DNA of 63,994 bases, the filler included, from Phoronis australis (taxonomy: Eukaryota; Animalia; Phoronida): assembly GCA_002633005.1 (NCBI GenBank). It is 8 parts of 8 records of this genome, joined end to end, with 100 filler letters (N's around TTAATTAATTAA, not from the genome) between each part and the next. Parts side by side here need not be neighbours in the genome. Positions count along the whole stretch, not along the records: positions 51,045 to 57,089 come from NMRA01002237.1; positions 57,190 to 62,348 come from NMRA01002407.1; positions 62,449 to 63,994 come from NMRA01001013.1; 5 more parts are not named here. One strand, given 5' to 3'. A program made the position numbers and the translations under genes. Each line of letters starts with the position of its first letter. Within the stretch, counting starts at the first letter, position 1. This document shows positions 51,985-63,994 of this stretch, one piece after another. The notes below the pieces were generated by a model. That model saw nothing but the letters and a program-made list of their open reading frames with translations. It did no database searches and was not told where the DNA came from.

Positions 51985-52485
51985 GTAAACACATTTTCAT
52001 GAGAAGGCTTAATCAAATGCGTTTTAGAAGTCTACCAATTGCTAAACACATTTTCATGAGTCATAATCAAATGCCTTTTAGATGTCTACCATTGCTAAAC
52101 ACATTTTCATGAGACATAATGAAATGACTTTTCCAAGTGTACCATTGCTAAACACATTGTCATGAGACATAATCAAATGCCTTTTCGAAGTCTACCATTG
52201 CTAAAAGATCGTATGTACTACGTTCATCACTGAACGTGTTACGGTGTTTTGTCCAATACATCTTCCCTTTATAAATCTGGTCTGGCCGTTATTTATCAGT
52301 TTACTCATGAAGATTGCTTGCCTGGTCTACAGACCGTGAGACGTAAACAAATGCCTTTTCAAAGTCTACCATGGCTAAAAGACCGTGAGTACTACATGTA
52401 CGTTAATCACTGAACGTGATATGGTGTTTTGTTCAATACATCTTCCCTTTATAAATCTGGTCTGGCCGTTATTTATCAGTTCACT
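51985..52485. repeat. Compound tandem repeat (~53-bp units plus a ~180-bp duplication)
   Basis: taaacacattttcatgag...gtctaccattgc x4; 52205-52305 duplicated at 52380-52485. Confidence 0.75.
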
Positions 52486-52783
52486 AATAACTGATTTAAT
52501 ACGTTGAGAGAGACAGCCCGAAACAACCTTATAGTTTGTATTTAATAAAGATATACATGTAGATCCCCAATTGCCGAGATACTCTCAGGGATGATTTCCG
52601 ATAGAAATGGTAAAAATTATATCTTGGAATTGACTATCAGGTAAGAAAACTGATTTAAAACTTCTAGTGAGCGATTTCACCATAAAGTATTGCCAAAACA
52701 TTAAAATTAGGTTGAGACACGAGCAGGACCGGGTGTTTTGTTGTTTATCGTATGTTGACATGCTGTAATATCTCGTGAGCTTC

Positions 52784-53072
52784 CATGCACGCACCCAGGG
52801 GGCTGCCAGGGGCTCGAACGACCCCCCATTTGGCAAAGTGGTCAAAAGGTCTGCCTCAGATAAACAAAAACTCCGAGAAAACGTGACAAAAGTCCACTAA
52901 GAAGACAGGAATTCGGCGAAAAGTCAATTCATAGCTCTGAACGTAACCCGTTTAATTATTTTTCAGGAGTTCGGCGAATGCTCAATGGCTCTGAACGCAT
53001 CCCGTTTTTTAGTAAAAGGTCCACATTCTCAAAAATTTGAGCCCCCTATATTTTAGGCTCGGTTCGCTCATG
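52784..53072. mobile_element. CATG-terminal MITE, probable 5-bp TSD
   Basis: catgcacgcaccca...ggttcgctcatg; flanks gcttc / gtttc; paralog at 1-198. Confidence 0.6.
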
Positions 53073-55708
53073 GTTTCATTTACGGAAATTTTTCGACTAT
53101 ATCACGCTCACCCTTTGTAAGCTTGGGACCCCTAATGATACAAGAACACATATCAACATGAACTAGATCATCATCTTCACATCTCTAAAGTGATTCATAG
53201 AAAGTCTACATGTAGTTCCTGATGGTTAGTCAGCGTGACTCATAGAAAGTCTACATGTAGTTGCTGATGGTAAGTCAGTGTGACTCATGACAATGTTTCC
53301 TTTGTCGTTAATGAACTTCGTTGGGTTTTCATTACTATCATTTCTTTTTTCTAAATCGGCACATAATTGAATGGTTTTTCACTCTCAACAATCTACAGGT
53401 AGCTGTTCCAAGGAATCTTATAACTTGACCCCTCATTAGACGTTGTCCAAGATTTTCTAGCTTCCTTATCCGTTTTATTGCAAATTTCTTCAAATAACTG
53501 ATAATATCCTTGGGTTAACTCCAAGAGAAAACGTTTTTGGTCTCTAAGCAAGTTATTTGTTCGTTACGTTGAGGCGTTATTAAGATATTTCAAGAAATAA
53601 AGAAAACTGTATCAGCATGAGGAATAGCCAGTTTACCCTTGCTATTATTCGTATCTAGCTAAAACATAAGTTCACTGGCGTTCTACTTTCAGGGTGCAAT
53701 AGTTAAGCAGGGATAATTTCTATAGATTTTTAGACATTTGGTTAGTTGCGTAAACTTGTCCATTGGGCCCTTCATAATTTTACTGACTTAATGGGAGAGA
53801 TTTGTTCAACGTGTATTCCTTATAAATTAGCAGCGATCGTAACAGTCGGATACAACGCATGCACCTGACACAACAAAATACACTGTACATATTTGAGGCG
53901 ACGAAACAATAACAGTTCAATGACACAGTGCTTATTATTTCAAGGGTTTTATAATTATTAGTTTGAAAGAATTCACAAACGTTTTTAAACCAGTATGCCC
54001 ACATCTTAAGACTGACAGCTGCAATTTAGTTCCAGCAATATCACAACCTTTCTTCCTCAGTCAAACCGGGGCCAATGTCCTGTTTCGTTTCACTCGGGGG
54101 TCCTCCATTAAATTTTAAAGGGGGTGCATATGGAAAATTAGAATACTATTTGAAGAATGAACTCAACAGAGAGCCAGTTGTAGATAGCTTCCATATATAA
54201 AGTCACGTGTTTGTAATATTTTGTTTCAGTCATCACCATTTAGTAGGGCTAAGTCCGTAAACTAAACCCTTTCGTATGGAATATTGACAGCTGATATTTT
54301 TATACCTTTGGTCTTAACTTGTACAAGATGTGATATGATATGATCAAAAATGGGCAGGTCCTTTTAATTCAAAGTTTAAATACATTAATAACCTTAACAG
54401 TCCTCCAAAATGAACTGGACAACGCCGGAATAAGCAAAAGTTTTGACGCGAGAATTGGTAGATAAGTATTTCCGTTACCAAATAGAACATCGAAGTTATT
54501 ACAGACTCATGGAAATGCTTCAAAGCTTAAACTGAAATAAACGTGCATTCCAACACAAAACAATTTTTGATTTAGACAACTTAAAAATTGGTCTCACCTT
54601 GTACCTTAATCAAACTGGGTGTCATTTAAATAACTTAAAAAGTATTCTCACCCTGTACTTTAATCCAAGTGGGTGTCATTTCAGGGCTTTCTTGGTAGAT
54701 GCACCAGTTTCGTCAAGTTGACTTGTGACGTGTCATTTCATGCACTGCGCATGATCTCAAGGAACGACGTACTGCCAGTTCTTTACAAGCCTAAAATCGC
54801 TTCTCATCTAAGTTGAGACCACTTTCATAGCCGTGAGTGGTTTGGAATAAAGTTGGTTATTTACAACGCGGATTCATAACCGTTTAATGGCCTTTCAAAA
54901 GCTGCGTACATACATGCACGTACGCGTTGGGTGGGGCTGGGCCTGAACGCGGAAATGGACCGAACCATTTAACGTCAAGCAATACAGAAATCGATTTGAT
55001 GAGTGTATGCAGTGATATTCGATTTTGATTCGTTTTTCAGCAAATTCAATAATAGGGCAAAATGAGGTTTTGAGTTCACATTATGTGTGTTCAGTCAATA
55101 TTATGCTTAGGAATACTCAATTGTATCCCTAATCTTAACAACGAAATTCAAATAATCATTTCTGATGTCATAGTTAGTCATACTGTCCTAGCAATGTGTT
55201 AAAATAGCATTATAGCACTTTCATTCAAAGGTAGTTACCCACAGTGCAACCGGTGTTTCAGGCAGTTCTTGTTCGTCGGTCCACAGGCAATTGCACGTTT
55301 TGCTATCCCACATCCTATTTGTTAGATAAGTCATCTTTTTAATGAAGATAAGTATGAATTATTGGATTTCGAGTTGCAACGTTGACACCAAGAATTTGGC
55401 AAAAGAGCAAATATCTGTGCTGAATGCGCGGTGCATTTTTCTTCTGTTATTGACTTAGGTAGCTTGACGTTTGAAAGATAAGTTCTTTATGCAAATGCAT
55501 ATTCTCAGTTCGAGAAAAAGGGAGTTCTATTCAGGACGGTCCTAATGAACATGTCAGCTGCGTTCATGACCAGTGGCACTTCCCAAAAATGGATTCTCCA
55601 GTGTAAGTGCTGCAGGTGCACAGTTGTTCGAATATCGCCAAGCCTCTTCCATAAAAGAAATGTATTCGTTCATGAGAGAGTAGTGCCATGAGTCGGTGAT
55701 ATGAAATA

Positions 55709-55956
55709 GTTAGATATAGGGGTGGCGTGTAGATAAAGGTTGGACGACTGTTAGATATAGGGGTGGCGTGTAGATAAAGGTTGGACCACTGTTAGATATA
55801 GGGGTGGTGTGTAGATAAAGGTTGGACCACTGTTAGATATAGGGGTGGTGTGTAGATAAAGGTTGGACGACTGTTAGATATAGGGGTGGCGTGTAGATAA
55901 AGGTTGGACGACTGTTAGATATAGGGGTGGTGTGTAGATAAAGGTTGGACGACTGT
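55709..55956. repeat. 41-bp minisatellite x6
   Basis: gttagatataggggtgg(c/t)gtgtagataaaggttggac(g/c)act. Confidence 0.95.
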
Positions 55957-57774
55957 TTTTATTGTATTTTCCGAGGTATGTGCTGGTAAGTGAGCGAGGT
56001 TGAACTTACGGTAGTCTCTGAAAAGAGTCTGTTTCTTAATTTAAACAAAAAGTTTCCTCCATTCAATGCGGAAGATGGAGCCACCGAAACGTCAAGCCCA
56101 TGTAATGTTTTAAATCGTCTGATTGTTTTTTGATAGAATTTAAAAATCGGTCGTGAAGTTTTCTTCTAAATGTCAACTTTTGTAGATGTTTTACTTCAGA
56201 CTTCTATATAATTGGTAGATTTTATTGTATGGATCAGTCTTGAAGCAGTTGCATTTTTCAACTTTTAATCAATGTCACGAATATTTCAGATCGATTTCGT
56301 AGATATGAAGACTGCCTTTCCAGAAAAATATTCATATTTAAAAGGAGAGTATTATAAAGATGTTCCTAACTCTAGCTTGCCGTACAATGCTCTCTGGCGA
56401 GGCTTTCAGGAGAACACATCAGGACACGGACTAAATAGAATATATCTGACTCCAGGTATGTACAGCACTTAGCGGTGCCATAACCCAACTCCTGTCAAGG
56501 ACAATTTGTGACCATACGGTTATAAAACAAGATTCATCTTATTCTATCACTAATTGCAGGTTATTTCTGAAGTGATGAAACTAAGACTTTGTTATTTCTT
56601 GATACAGGAAATATTTTGATAAAAATTAGAATAAATAATGGTATATATAACAGCAAGAATGGATCAACTGAAATTTCCGGACATAATAACGTCCTTCGTC
56701 AACAGAAACAGAAATAAAGTAAAATCAAACACTATGTGACAATTGACTTTTAAGATGTGGCGTAAGGAATATGATACATTGTTGCGGAAATAATTAAATG
56801 ATAAAAATTAAGAATTTTAAGAAGTACCATTGCTCAGCTGAGCAGTTTTGATTTCTTTGATTATTTCTTGATTCATTCAAAAATATATGCCTAACTACAA
56901 CTGTACATCTTAATAATTTCATGTCTGGCAGCAGATGAGCGTTTTAGGAAAAGCTACCAAGTTGGCCAGTTTGCAGTAGTTTGTACCACTAAAAAGATCG
57001 TCCGTGATGTTACGTCACACGACGAGAAGACCAATGAGAAAGTTACTGATATTGAAAGCTTGTACGGAGAAAATCTTTTACAACTCTTTNNNNNNNNNNN
57101 NNNNNNNNNNNNNNNNNNNNNNNNNNNNNNNNNTTAATTAATTAANNNNNNNNNNNNNNNNNNNNNNNNNNNNNNNNNNNNNNNNNNNNTGGATGTACAC
57201 CAACTGTGTCAATTTGTAGACCAAGTGTGACAACAGCTAACTCAGGACTCAGTCACAAGGTAGCTAAAAAACTGAACAGAAACCGACCAAGTCAAGTGTA
57301 ACCTGAGAAGGAACAGTTCACATTCCAGGCTTTTTCCAATGTTGCTCATTTCCACCTGTTGCCAAACAGTTTGATAACGATGTTAAAACGAATGTTCTGA
57401 GAAGGCATTTGGGGTGACAGGGACCTCAATGACACACATACCTTACACAAACGGGGTGCCTATTTTGTGCCTGTAATTCATCATTCAAGACCTATGCAGT
57501 AGAAACCATGATAACATGGCCATTGCTTCCCAAATTTCTCATTAACTTTTGCATCGATAAATGTTTCAATTCCCGAGATAAGATTACAAGATGATGTAAA
57601 GAAGGCTTTAACCATTTTATGTTCAATGTATTGTGTGGTTTATTTAATTATTATGTGGTTTACTTATTTCAGTTTACTGAAAATGGTGAAAATCCAACCA
57701 CAAGTAATACATGCACAACAATATCATATTACAAATTAATAATAGTATGCAGAAGAAGGTTCTGTTTATGTTAC

Positions 57775-57849
57775 CCAAGGGCTCCTTTATATGTCCTCTT
57801 CGACCCCATTTCGTCCTCAATTCCACAGGTTTGAACCACATTATGTCCT
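57775..57849 (-). CDS. TSR1: Pre-rRNA processing protein TSR1 exon
   Basis: (E)[24 protein letters not shown]; AG/GT bounded, phase 1/1. Confidence 0.93.
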
Positions 57850-58634
57850 CTGAAATAACACAGCGAGACACAGAGTTAAACTTTGAAACTCATGTCAGTC
57901 CTTCTTGATGGTCATGTGCATAGCCATTGTAAGCAGCAGATCAACTATCTGAGTCTGAAGCTTGATGAAAGCAGATTTATTGCGAGACACACAGTGAAAA
58001 GACAAAAGTAATCAGACAAAATACTGTTTCCACGGCATGGTGGATAACTCTGTTAACAACAAAATTTACTGTCAATTCCTCTTCATTCTAGGTAACGAGG
58101 AAATAGTACTCTAACGATGAATTCTGTCCAGCAGTCATGATTAGCGAACTGTGGGTAATTTCTTTAAATCCCTTTGACTTGTACTGTAATTCACGGAGAT
58201 GTCAATGGGTAGTTTGAATTAAAAACAGACTTTCATCAGGCGAACAAAAAATAATAACAGTAACAATAACAATAATAGTAATAACAATAATAACAATTGC
58301 TTTCATCAATAAAGCAACCACAGACCTGTCAAGAAAACTTTTGATTAAGACCTGGACTATAAAGTGAATTTTTTTTACTATTAATATATTCTTCAACAGT
58401 ATACACTCATAAAGCTACTTTAAACTTGTTCCTAATTCAGATGACTTGTGGTTTCAGGTCGTGGGAAAAAAACATCAGTTTGTTATTGCTCAAGACCAGG
58501 TTCAATGCATAAAATTACCTGCCATGACAAGCCAACAGTAGGATCTGGTCTCAACCAATAACCAACAACCAGTTTTTCCAAGACCAGAAATACAGTAACC
58601 TTATGAACAATTTGAGACCAGTGATGGTAGTATT

Positions 58635-58794
58635 TGTGATGGAAGGTGGGTTAATGGTCACTTTAAGATGTAGTTGTGATGGAAGGTGGGTTAATGGTCA
58701 CTTTAAGGTGTAGTTGTGATGGAAGGTGGGTTAATGGTCACTTTAAGGTGTAGTTGTGATGGAAGGTGGATTTATGGTCACTTTAAGATGTAGT
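58635..58794. repeat. 40-bp intronic minisatellite x4
   Basis: tgtgatggaaggtgggttaatggtcactttaag(a/g)tgtagt. Confidence 0.9.
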
Positions 58795-58855
58795 TTCAAT
58801 TGTCAAAAATCAAAAAAAAAAATAAAATCTGACTGCTTTTGGGATCCCATCTCAC

Positions 58856-58996
58856 CTCTGTTATAAAACATGTAACGCACAACAGCCGACTTCTTGTTGA
58901 TCTTGAATGGGTGTCCACTCAGTACCACTCGCTTGACCACTACTCGGTCAGGCCTAACTGACAGGACTGATCCTGATGCCACCAGGTCATGGTAGC
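58856..58996 (-). CDS. TSR1: TSR1 exon
   Basis: (G)YHDLVASGSVLSVRPDRVVVKRVVLSGHPFKINKKSAVVRYMFYNR; AG/GT bounded, phase 1/1. Confidence 0.93.
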
Positions 58997-59319
58997 CTGC
59001 AATGACACAGAGAAATCAAGTCGAACTGACATTATAAGGATAAAAGTCATGCTGAACTGCTGCTATAAACATAAAATTTCCAGTATTAGATCATTTCACG
59101 CTCACAACTGGTTCTGAAATTGCACAAGTAGTATCTCACATGGAGATACAAGACTTACTCAGCTAAAGTACATCTTCAATGAGTCATGGGAGGATCATGT
59201 GTTTCAAGGTGGGTACGGTAAAAATCTCACCAATTCTGAACAAAACTTATTGACAAAATTATCCTTTTTTGATTTTTCAAGGGCTTCTAACATTGTGGTG
59301 AGTCCCCAAAATTTTTAAA

Positions 59320-59542
59320 ACTTTGTCTGACGGTACACTTTGGCACAACTTCGTCTGACATTACACTGTGGCGCAACTTTGTCTGACGGCACACTGTGGC
59401 ATAACTTTGTCTGATGATACACTGTGGCACAACTTTGTCTGACGATACATTGTGGTACAGATTTGTCCGACAGTACACTGTGGCACAACTTTGTCTGACG
59501 GTACACCATGGCACAATTTTGTCTGATGTTACACTATGGCAA
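59320..59542. repeat. 28-bp intronic minisatellite x~8
   Basis: actttgtctgacggtacactgtggcaca consensus. Confidence 0.9.
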
Positions 59543-59911
59543 AAGTCTTGAACATGGAAAACAATTTAACTTGGTGCTGCATATCTTGCACGGATAAAAT
59601 GAAATTTCACTGGTCAGTCATACTGGTGAGATTTCACCACGCTATTAGTAATGCTTACTGACAAAAGACTTTGAAAGTTTTCCAATTTGATCTTACCTTT
59701 TGAGAGTTACACGGGGTACTAAGCATTATTTCACTTCAAATATTTTAAGGAATCTAGTTCATCGTTAATATCTGCTAATAGGCAAAGACAGATTTTTATT
59801 ATCCTTAAAATTAACATTTGAGTGCAGTTAACACATTTCGTGTGAGACATAATGGAAAAGTAGATGATTTTAAAACATGTAAAGTTAGTTTGTAAAACAA
59901 GATGTTGATAC

Positions 59912-60014
59912 CTGATGTATTCTCTTTAAAAACTAGAACAGAAGCAGGAGGAAATATGATTGGTGCATAGACTGTGGCCACAAATACGCCATCTGTTGGT
60001 GCAAAGCGCTCAAA
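59912..60014 (-). CDS. TSR1: TSR1 exon
   Basis: FERFAPTDGVFVATVYAPIIFPPASVLVFKENTS; phase 0/1. Confidence 0.92.
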
Positions 60015-60397
60015 CTGAAATAAAGATATAAGAAGTGCTATAAATGACAACAATTATTTCTACATTTCACTCAGTATTGTGATCCAAAGTCAAAATTCTA
60101 TATTCGCTCAGTATTGTGACCCAAAGTCAACATTTGGATTACCCTGAGGACAGGATAGAATACATTAACAGCGGAGATATTACCACGTGATGGAAAACTT
60201 AAGACGCATAGTCACTTAAAGGTGGTTCACAATTTGAGAACCCGTTTTCTCCACTAAATAATGTGCATCAAACTGGTTCTCAAAATCCAGGACTCCTGTA
60301 AGTGTCTAGAAAAGACATATCTGTCTTCATAACTGTTTAGTAAGTTCCATCAAATATCCAGATTGAAAAGAAGAGCAGCATCATTGTCACTAGTCAC

Positions 60398-60603
60398 CTT
60401 AAATTTATCGGCATTTGTGTGTTGAGAAAATATCGGGCAGGCTGTAAATCGCCTGTAGCCGACATGGAAGATGAGTCGCTCCTTGGATTTGATTGGCTCC
60501 TCGTTACCGGGGTGACGCTTCAACAAGAAATGCACCACCGACAACTTCTGTTCATGAGGCAGAAGGCCAAACAGAACCATGGGATGGCTTTGTGATTGTG
60601 AGT
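60398..60603 (-). CDS. TSR1: TSR1 exon
   Basis: PMVLFGLLPHEQKLSVVHF...PIKSKERLIFHVGYRRFTACPIFSQHTNADKFK; phase 1/0. Confidence 0.95.
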
Positions 60604-60973
60604 CTAGGTATGAAAAAGAAGACTATTAGTGTGATATCAATTATTACAGTAAATGCATAATTATTCAAAACATTTAACTAAAAATTGTGTCCAGAACACT
60701 GGCAAACTTTGTTCACTTGTTGTCTGTAACGTAATCACTCAGTTCCATCAGTATATATAAACAAATTCTGAAACAAAGACAGATGAACAATCCACTGAAA
60801 ATTGGCCAACAGACTTTCCTATGTTAGATTATTAAGATATCTTTTGTAAAATCAACATGACACTAGTTTTACTCGTTCAAGTCAGTCTGTAGGCATAATT
60901 CAACAATCTCATAACCACTACAGAAATTATGATTTAAAAGCTTCTGATATTTGGATAATTCTGCGTAACTCAC

Positions 60974-61025
60974 CAATGAATGATTTCGGTACATCAGAAA
61001 CATGTAGCGTGACATACCATCCAGG
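60974..61025 (-). CDS. TSR1: TSR1 exon
   Basis: PGWYVTLHVSDVPKSFI; tttttacAG / GTgagt; phase 0/1. Confidence 0.9.
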
Positions 61026-61440
61026 CTGTAAAAAGAAAGTGATAATAAAATAGCCAAATGAACAAAAGTAAAAAAATCACACACTGTATTTCAGTTGTAA
61101 TAGACAATCCCGGGCATATTCATAGCTTACAAATTAGACAGTTTGTTGCCAAGGAGCACCAAAAACTTGAAGTTTTATTGTTTTGGTCACATTATAGTGA
61201 ACATAAGGGTGAAACCAGAGACAAATTTGCCCAAGGTTATTAGCATATTCAAATTTGCCCAAGGTTATTAGCATATTCAAATATGTGAACCAACCAGGAC
61301 TTGACGAAACAACAGAAAAGAACAAGGATTGACAACAATGGATTTTGAATCAAGGTAAAACAAAGAATTCATTAAGTTATTTACAAAATTTCAATCAAGG
61401 ATTCAAAGAATAAAGGATCAGTCAAATACACATTAATCAC

Positions 61441-61582
61441 CTGAACACCATCTCTTTCTTCTGCGAGAATACGCTTTTTTGTTCTCTTGAAGTTTTCAAA
61501 TTGAAAAATCCGGGCGTAATCCGACGGTAAGTTCTCCTTCGGATCCCAGGGAGATGTACGGAAACTCTTCAGGCCTCGGAAC
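61441..61582 (-). CDS. TSR1: TSR1 exon
   Basis: [39 protein letters not shown] signature; phase 2/0. Confidence 0.95.
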
Positions 61583-63077
61583 CTAAAGCAGAAAGCAAAG
61601 GACATACAAGTATGCTATTTATATGATAATTATATGTTCAATAAACATGCTCCAGTGCCACTGCCTTCAGTAAATTTTCTCCACCTGATATGCTGTTACC
61701 AGGCCGCGGAAAGTTTGTTTAACACATAAAAAATATTTGCAGGTGGTCTGGTACAAACTGTACCAGACGTGCGCTGGCCGCGCATGTTGGCCTGGAACCA
61801 TTTTTGTGTTTTATCAATAATTAAAATCGACCTGTGGAGCTAGAGACCTGACTCAAGTGTCTAGCAGTGTGCCCCAGTGGGAAGCAAGCACCTATCAAAC
61901 TGGGCCACACTGCCTCCTCTCCTGTTTAACCAAGGATTATACATGCTTTGTGCATGCTCTACATGATATCGTTATACACTGTATATACCATCAGGATCTT
62001 CAGGGACAGATGAAATTGTTGTGTTAGCTATCCCTGCAGTTATAACCGTTGTTTTGAGAAGACATCAGCAAAACGTGGCAGCACTGTTCACATGTGCCAG
62101 GAGTATATTTACACTAACTTCTGATGATGGTGCAAATCCTGCTGTATCTGCAGCACAAGACAAAATATTTAGAGTGTAGTTACATAAACATAGAGAAAAC
62201 TTGCTGTCTATTAAATACCTTAAGTCTTGTGATACAATTCATTTAAGTATTCCACACCACTGTTAGTCTCTCAGTGGTGCACCTAAGGCTTTTAACCCCC
62301 AGAGCAGATAATTATGGTCTCACTGCCGGCGCCACCAATTTTACACTCNNNNNNNNNNNNNNNNNNNNNNNNNNNNNNNNNNNNNNNNNNNNTTAATTAA
62401 TTAANNNNNNNNNNNNNNNNNNNNNNNNNNNNNNNNNNNNNNNNNNNNGGGCTTTAGCCCTCCCCCCCACTTTTTCAGTGATGCGCCGCCCATGAGTGTT
62501 ATATAGTGTATTGGGGACGATCAGAAGCTGAGGACGCCTGTGGAGAAGATTAAGTGTGACGTAGACGCGTAGACCGTATGATTGACCGAGACGTTGCCAA
62601 GTGGATTACTAATTCACACTTCTTCCAGTTTTCAACAAACCATTGAAATGCCGACCCTTATCCTAGTTCATTATGACACCACACAAATAAGCAAAGGACA
62701 CCAAAACCAGTCACCCGTTAGCATTTACCATGAAACCGGCAGCTTCCCCGTCCATGCTTCTTTTCCAGCTGAGGCGGAAATAAACATTGTCACGCATGTG
62801 CACATGGGTAAAATGTGACGTCACACCAAGCGCGAAATTTCGCGCGAATTTTGCCTTGGCGAGAATATAAGGTACACAGTCTTTTAGGGTAAGTTTAACT
62901 TGAAAAATGTTAAATTTAATTACATCTGTAGATTATAATTGCAAAATTGTACGACTGAGATTTGAATGTGTATCATAGGTAACTCTTTTTACAGTGTGGG
63001 ATTGTCTTTCTTGAAAATTTCGTTTATATATTTGTTTTTGACACCGACCATCAATCCGACAATCGGCCCATGCAGCT

Positions 63078-63147
63078 CACAGGCGTCCTCAGCTTCTGAT
63101 GGTCCCCAAGGCCCAATGGGGACGATCAGAAGCTGAGGACGCCTGTG
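63078..63147. mobile_element. 70-bp minimal TIR element
   Basis: cacaggcgtcctcagcttctgat-gtcccca and its inverse around a short loop; flanks catgcagct / catgcagcc (8 of 9 match). Confidence 0.8.
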
Positions 63148-63372
63148 CATGCAGCCAGCTTACCACTACCAAGGTTAATCTTTGGGTGAATTTATTCAGG
63201 TGTGCATGCCTCTGATAAAAGTGATATTGGTTGTGGGGTTGATAACCTTAATTTTTGTACTTTGACGTTCAGTCATACAGTTTTCGTCATTGCATTAGGT
63301 GGGTGATTCCATATATTCTAATTAATATTCATCTATTTAGCCAAGTCTCAGTTGCTAGTTTTATGTTGAGTA

Positions 63373-63818
63373 CCGGTAATTTCCATTAATAAGCCCGTGT
63401 GTAGCCTATTCGGAAAATGAAAATTTTCGGGCGTTTTAGCAACACCAAATTAACGCTAGGGCGTTTATTCGGAAAATGGGGCGTGTAAACGGAAAGCCAT
63501 AGTTATGATGACTTGACACTCTTTTTTTACTTAAAACTGCGGTTTTTAATTTTTTTGTAAATAAATGCATAGTTCGCCAATGCCTTGTTCATTTTTATCA
63601 ATGATAAATGCTCCACGAAACTGAATTTGTGACAAAAAGTTGATGCTGAGTGGGCTTTTAAGAGGAAAATTTCCAACTAAACGTCCCACTGTCTAGATAC
63701 TTGACACTACAACAATTAGTTGTAACACCAAATAAACGTCCTGTATTCGGCATAATTTTCCAAATAAACGACCATGGGTGTTTCATCGGGTGGGCTTAAT
63801 ATCTATGGAAAACCCCGG
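63373..63818. mobile_element. Tc1/mariner-pogo-like MITE
   Basis: TA-ccggtaatttccattaataagccc ... gggcttaatatctatggaaaaccccgg-TA. Confidence 0.55.
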
Positions 63819-63994
63819 TAGCACTAACAGTCTAGATGGATGAGTCTTTGATTTGAATATCAATTGCTCCCACTGAATAACGCCTGTTAGTGGCATTACT
63901 CAGTGAGAGTAATTCCGGTTCTTAAATCAGGGACTGTTTGACGTAACCACATAAATTTGTGACCCGATAGATTTTTTCGGAAATAATTTCTCAT

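Noticed and set aside
57190-62348. Intronic C/D snoRNAs (vertebrate TSR1 hosts SNORD91)
   Set aside because: No convincing C box, D box and terminal stem found by eye; an Infernal or snoscan search would decide
62800-62900. Promoter-like cluster (TGACGTCA, TTTCGCGC, GTAAGT donor)
   Set aside because: No associated gene is visible and such motifs are common in local repeats

Overview
Eukaryotic, AT-rich, repeat-dense animal DNA, most likely a marine invertebrate (it carries a Nanchung-type TRPV). It is not a single continuous locus: seven 100-nt N blocks with an artificial TTAATTAATTAA linker join separate contigs, and there are two ordinary N gaps. Recognisable genes: an MS4A/CD20-like tetraspan gene with a single coding exon, the last exon of a Ly6/quiver-like GPI protein, three phase-compatible exons of a divergent ubiquitin-like domain ending RVRGG (the third exon is absent from the ORF track), an internal MRPL41 exon, the first coding exon of a Nanchung TRPV channel and six consecutive TSR1 exons. 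The rest is mostly non-autonomous transposons, often nested: Kolobok-like THAP elements with TTAA duplications, Harbinger-like MITEs, long-TIR TAG..CTA foldback elements, a 5-bp-TSD CAG/CAT MITE group, Helentron/DINE-1-like elements, an Academ relic, an RTE LINE tail and minisatellites. The most striking signal is two miniature LTR retroelements whose LTRs contain Pol III tRNA-like genes. One is canonical. The other has an inverted, truncated 5' LTR yet keeps its PBS, PPT and matching 4-bp flanks. All calls are by eye; no database searches were run.
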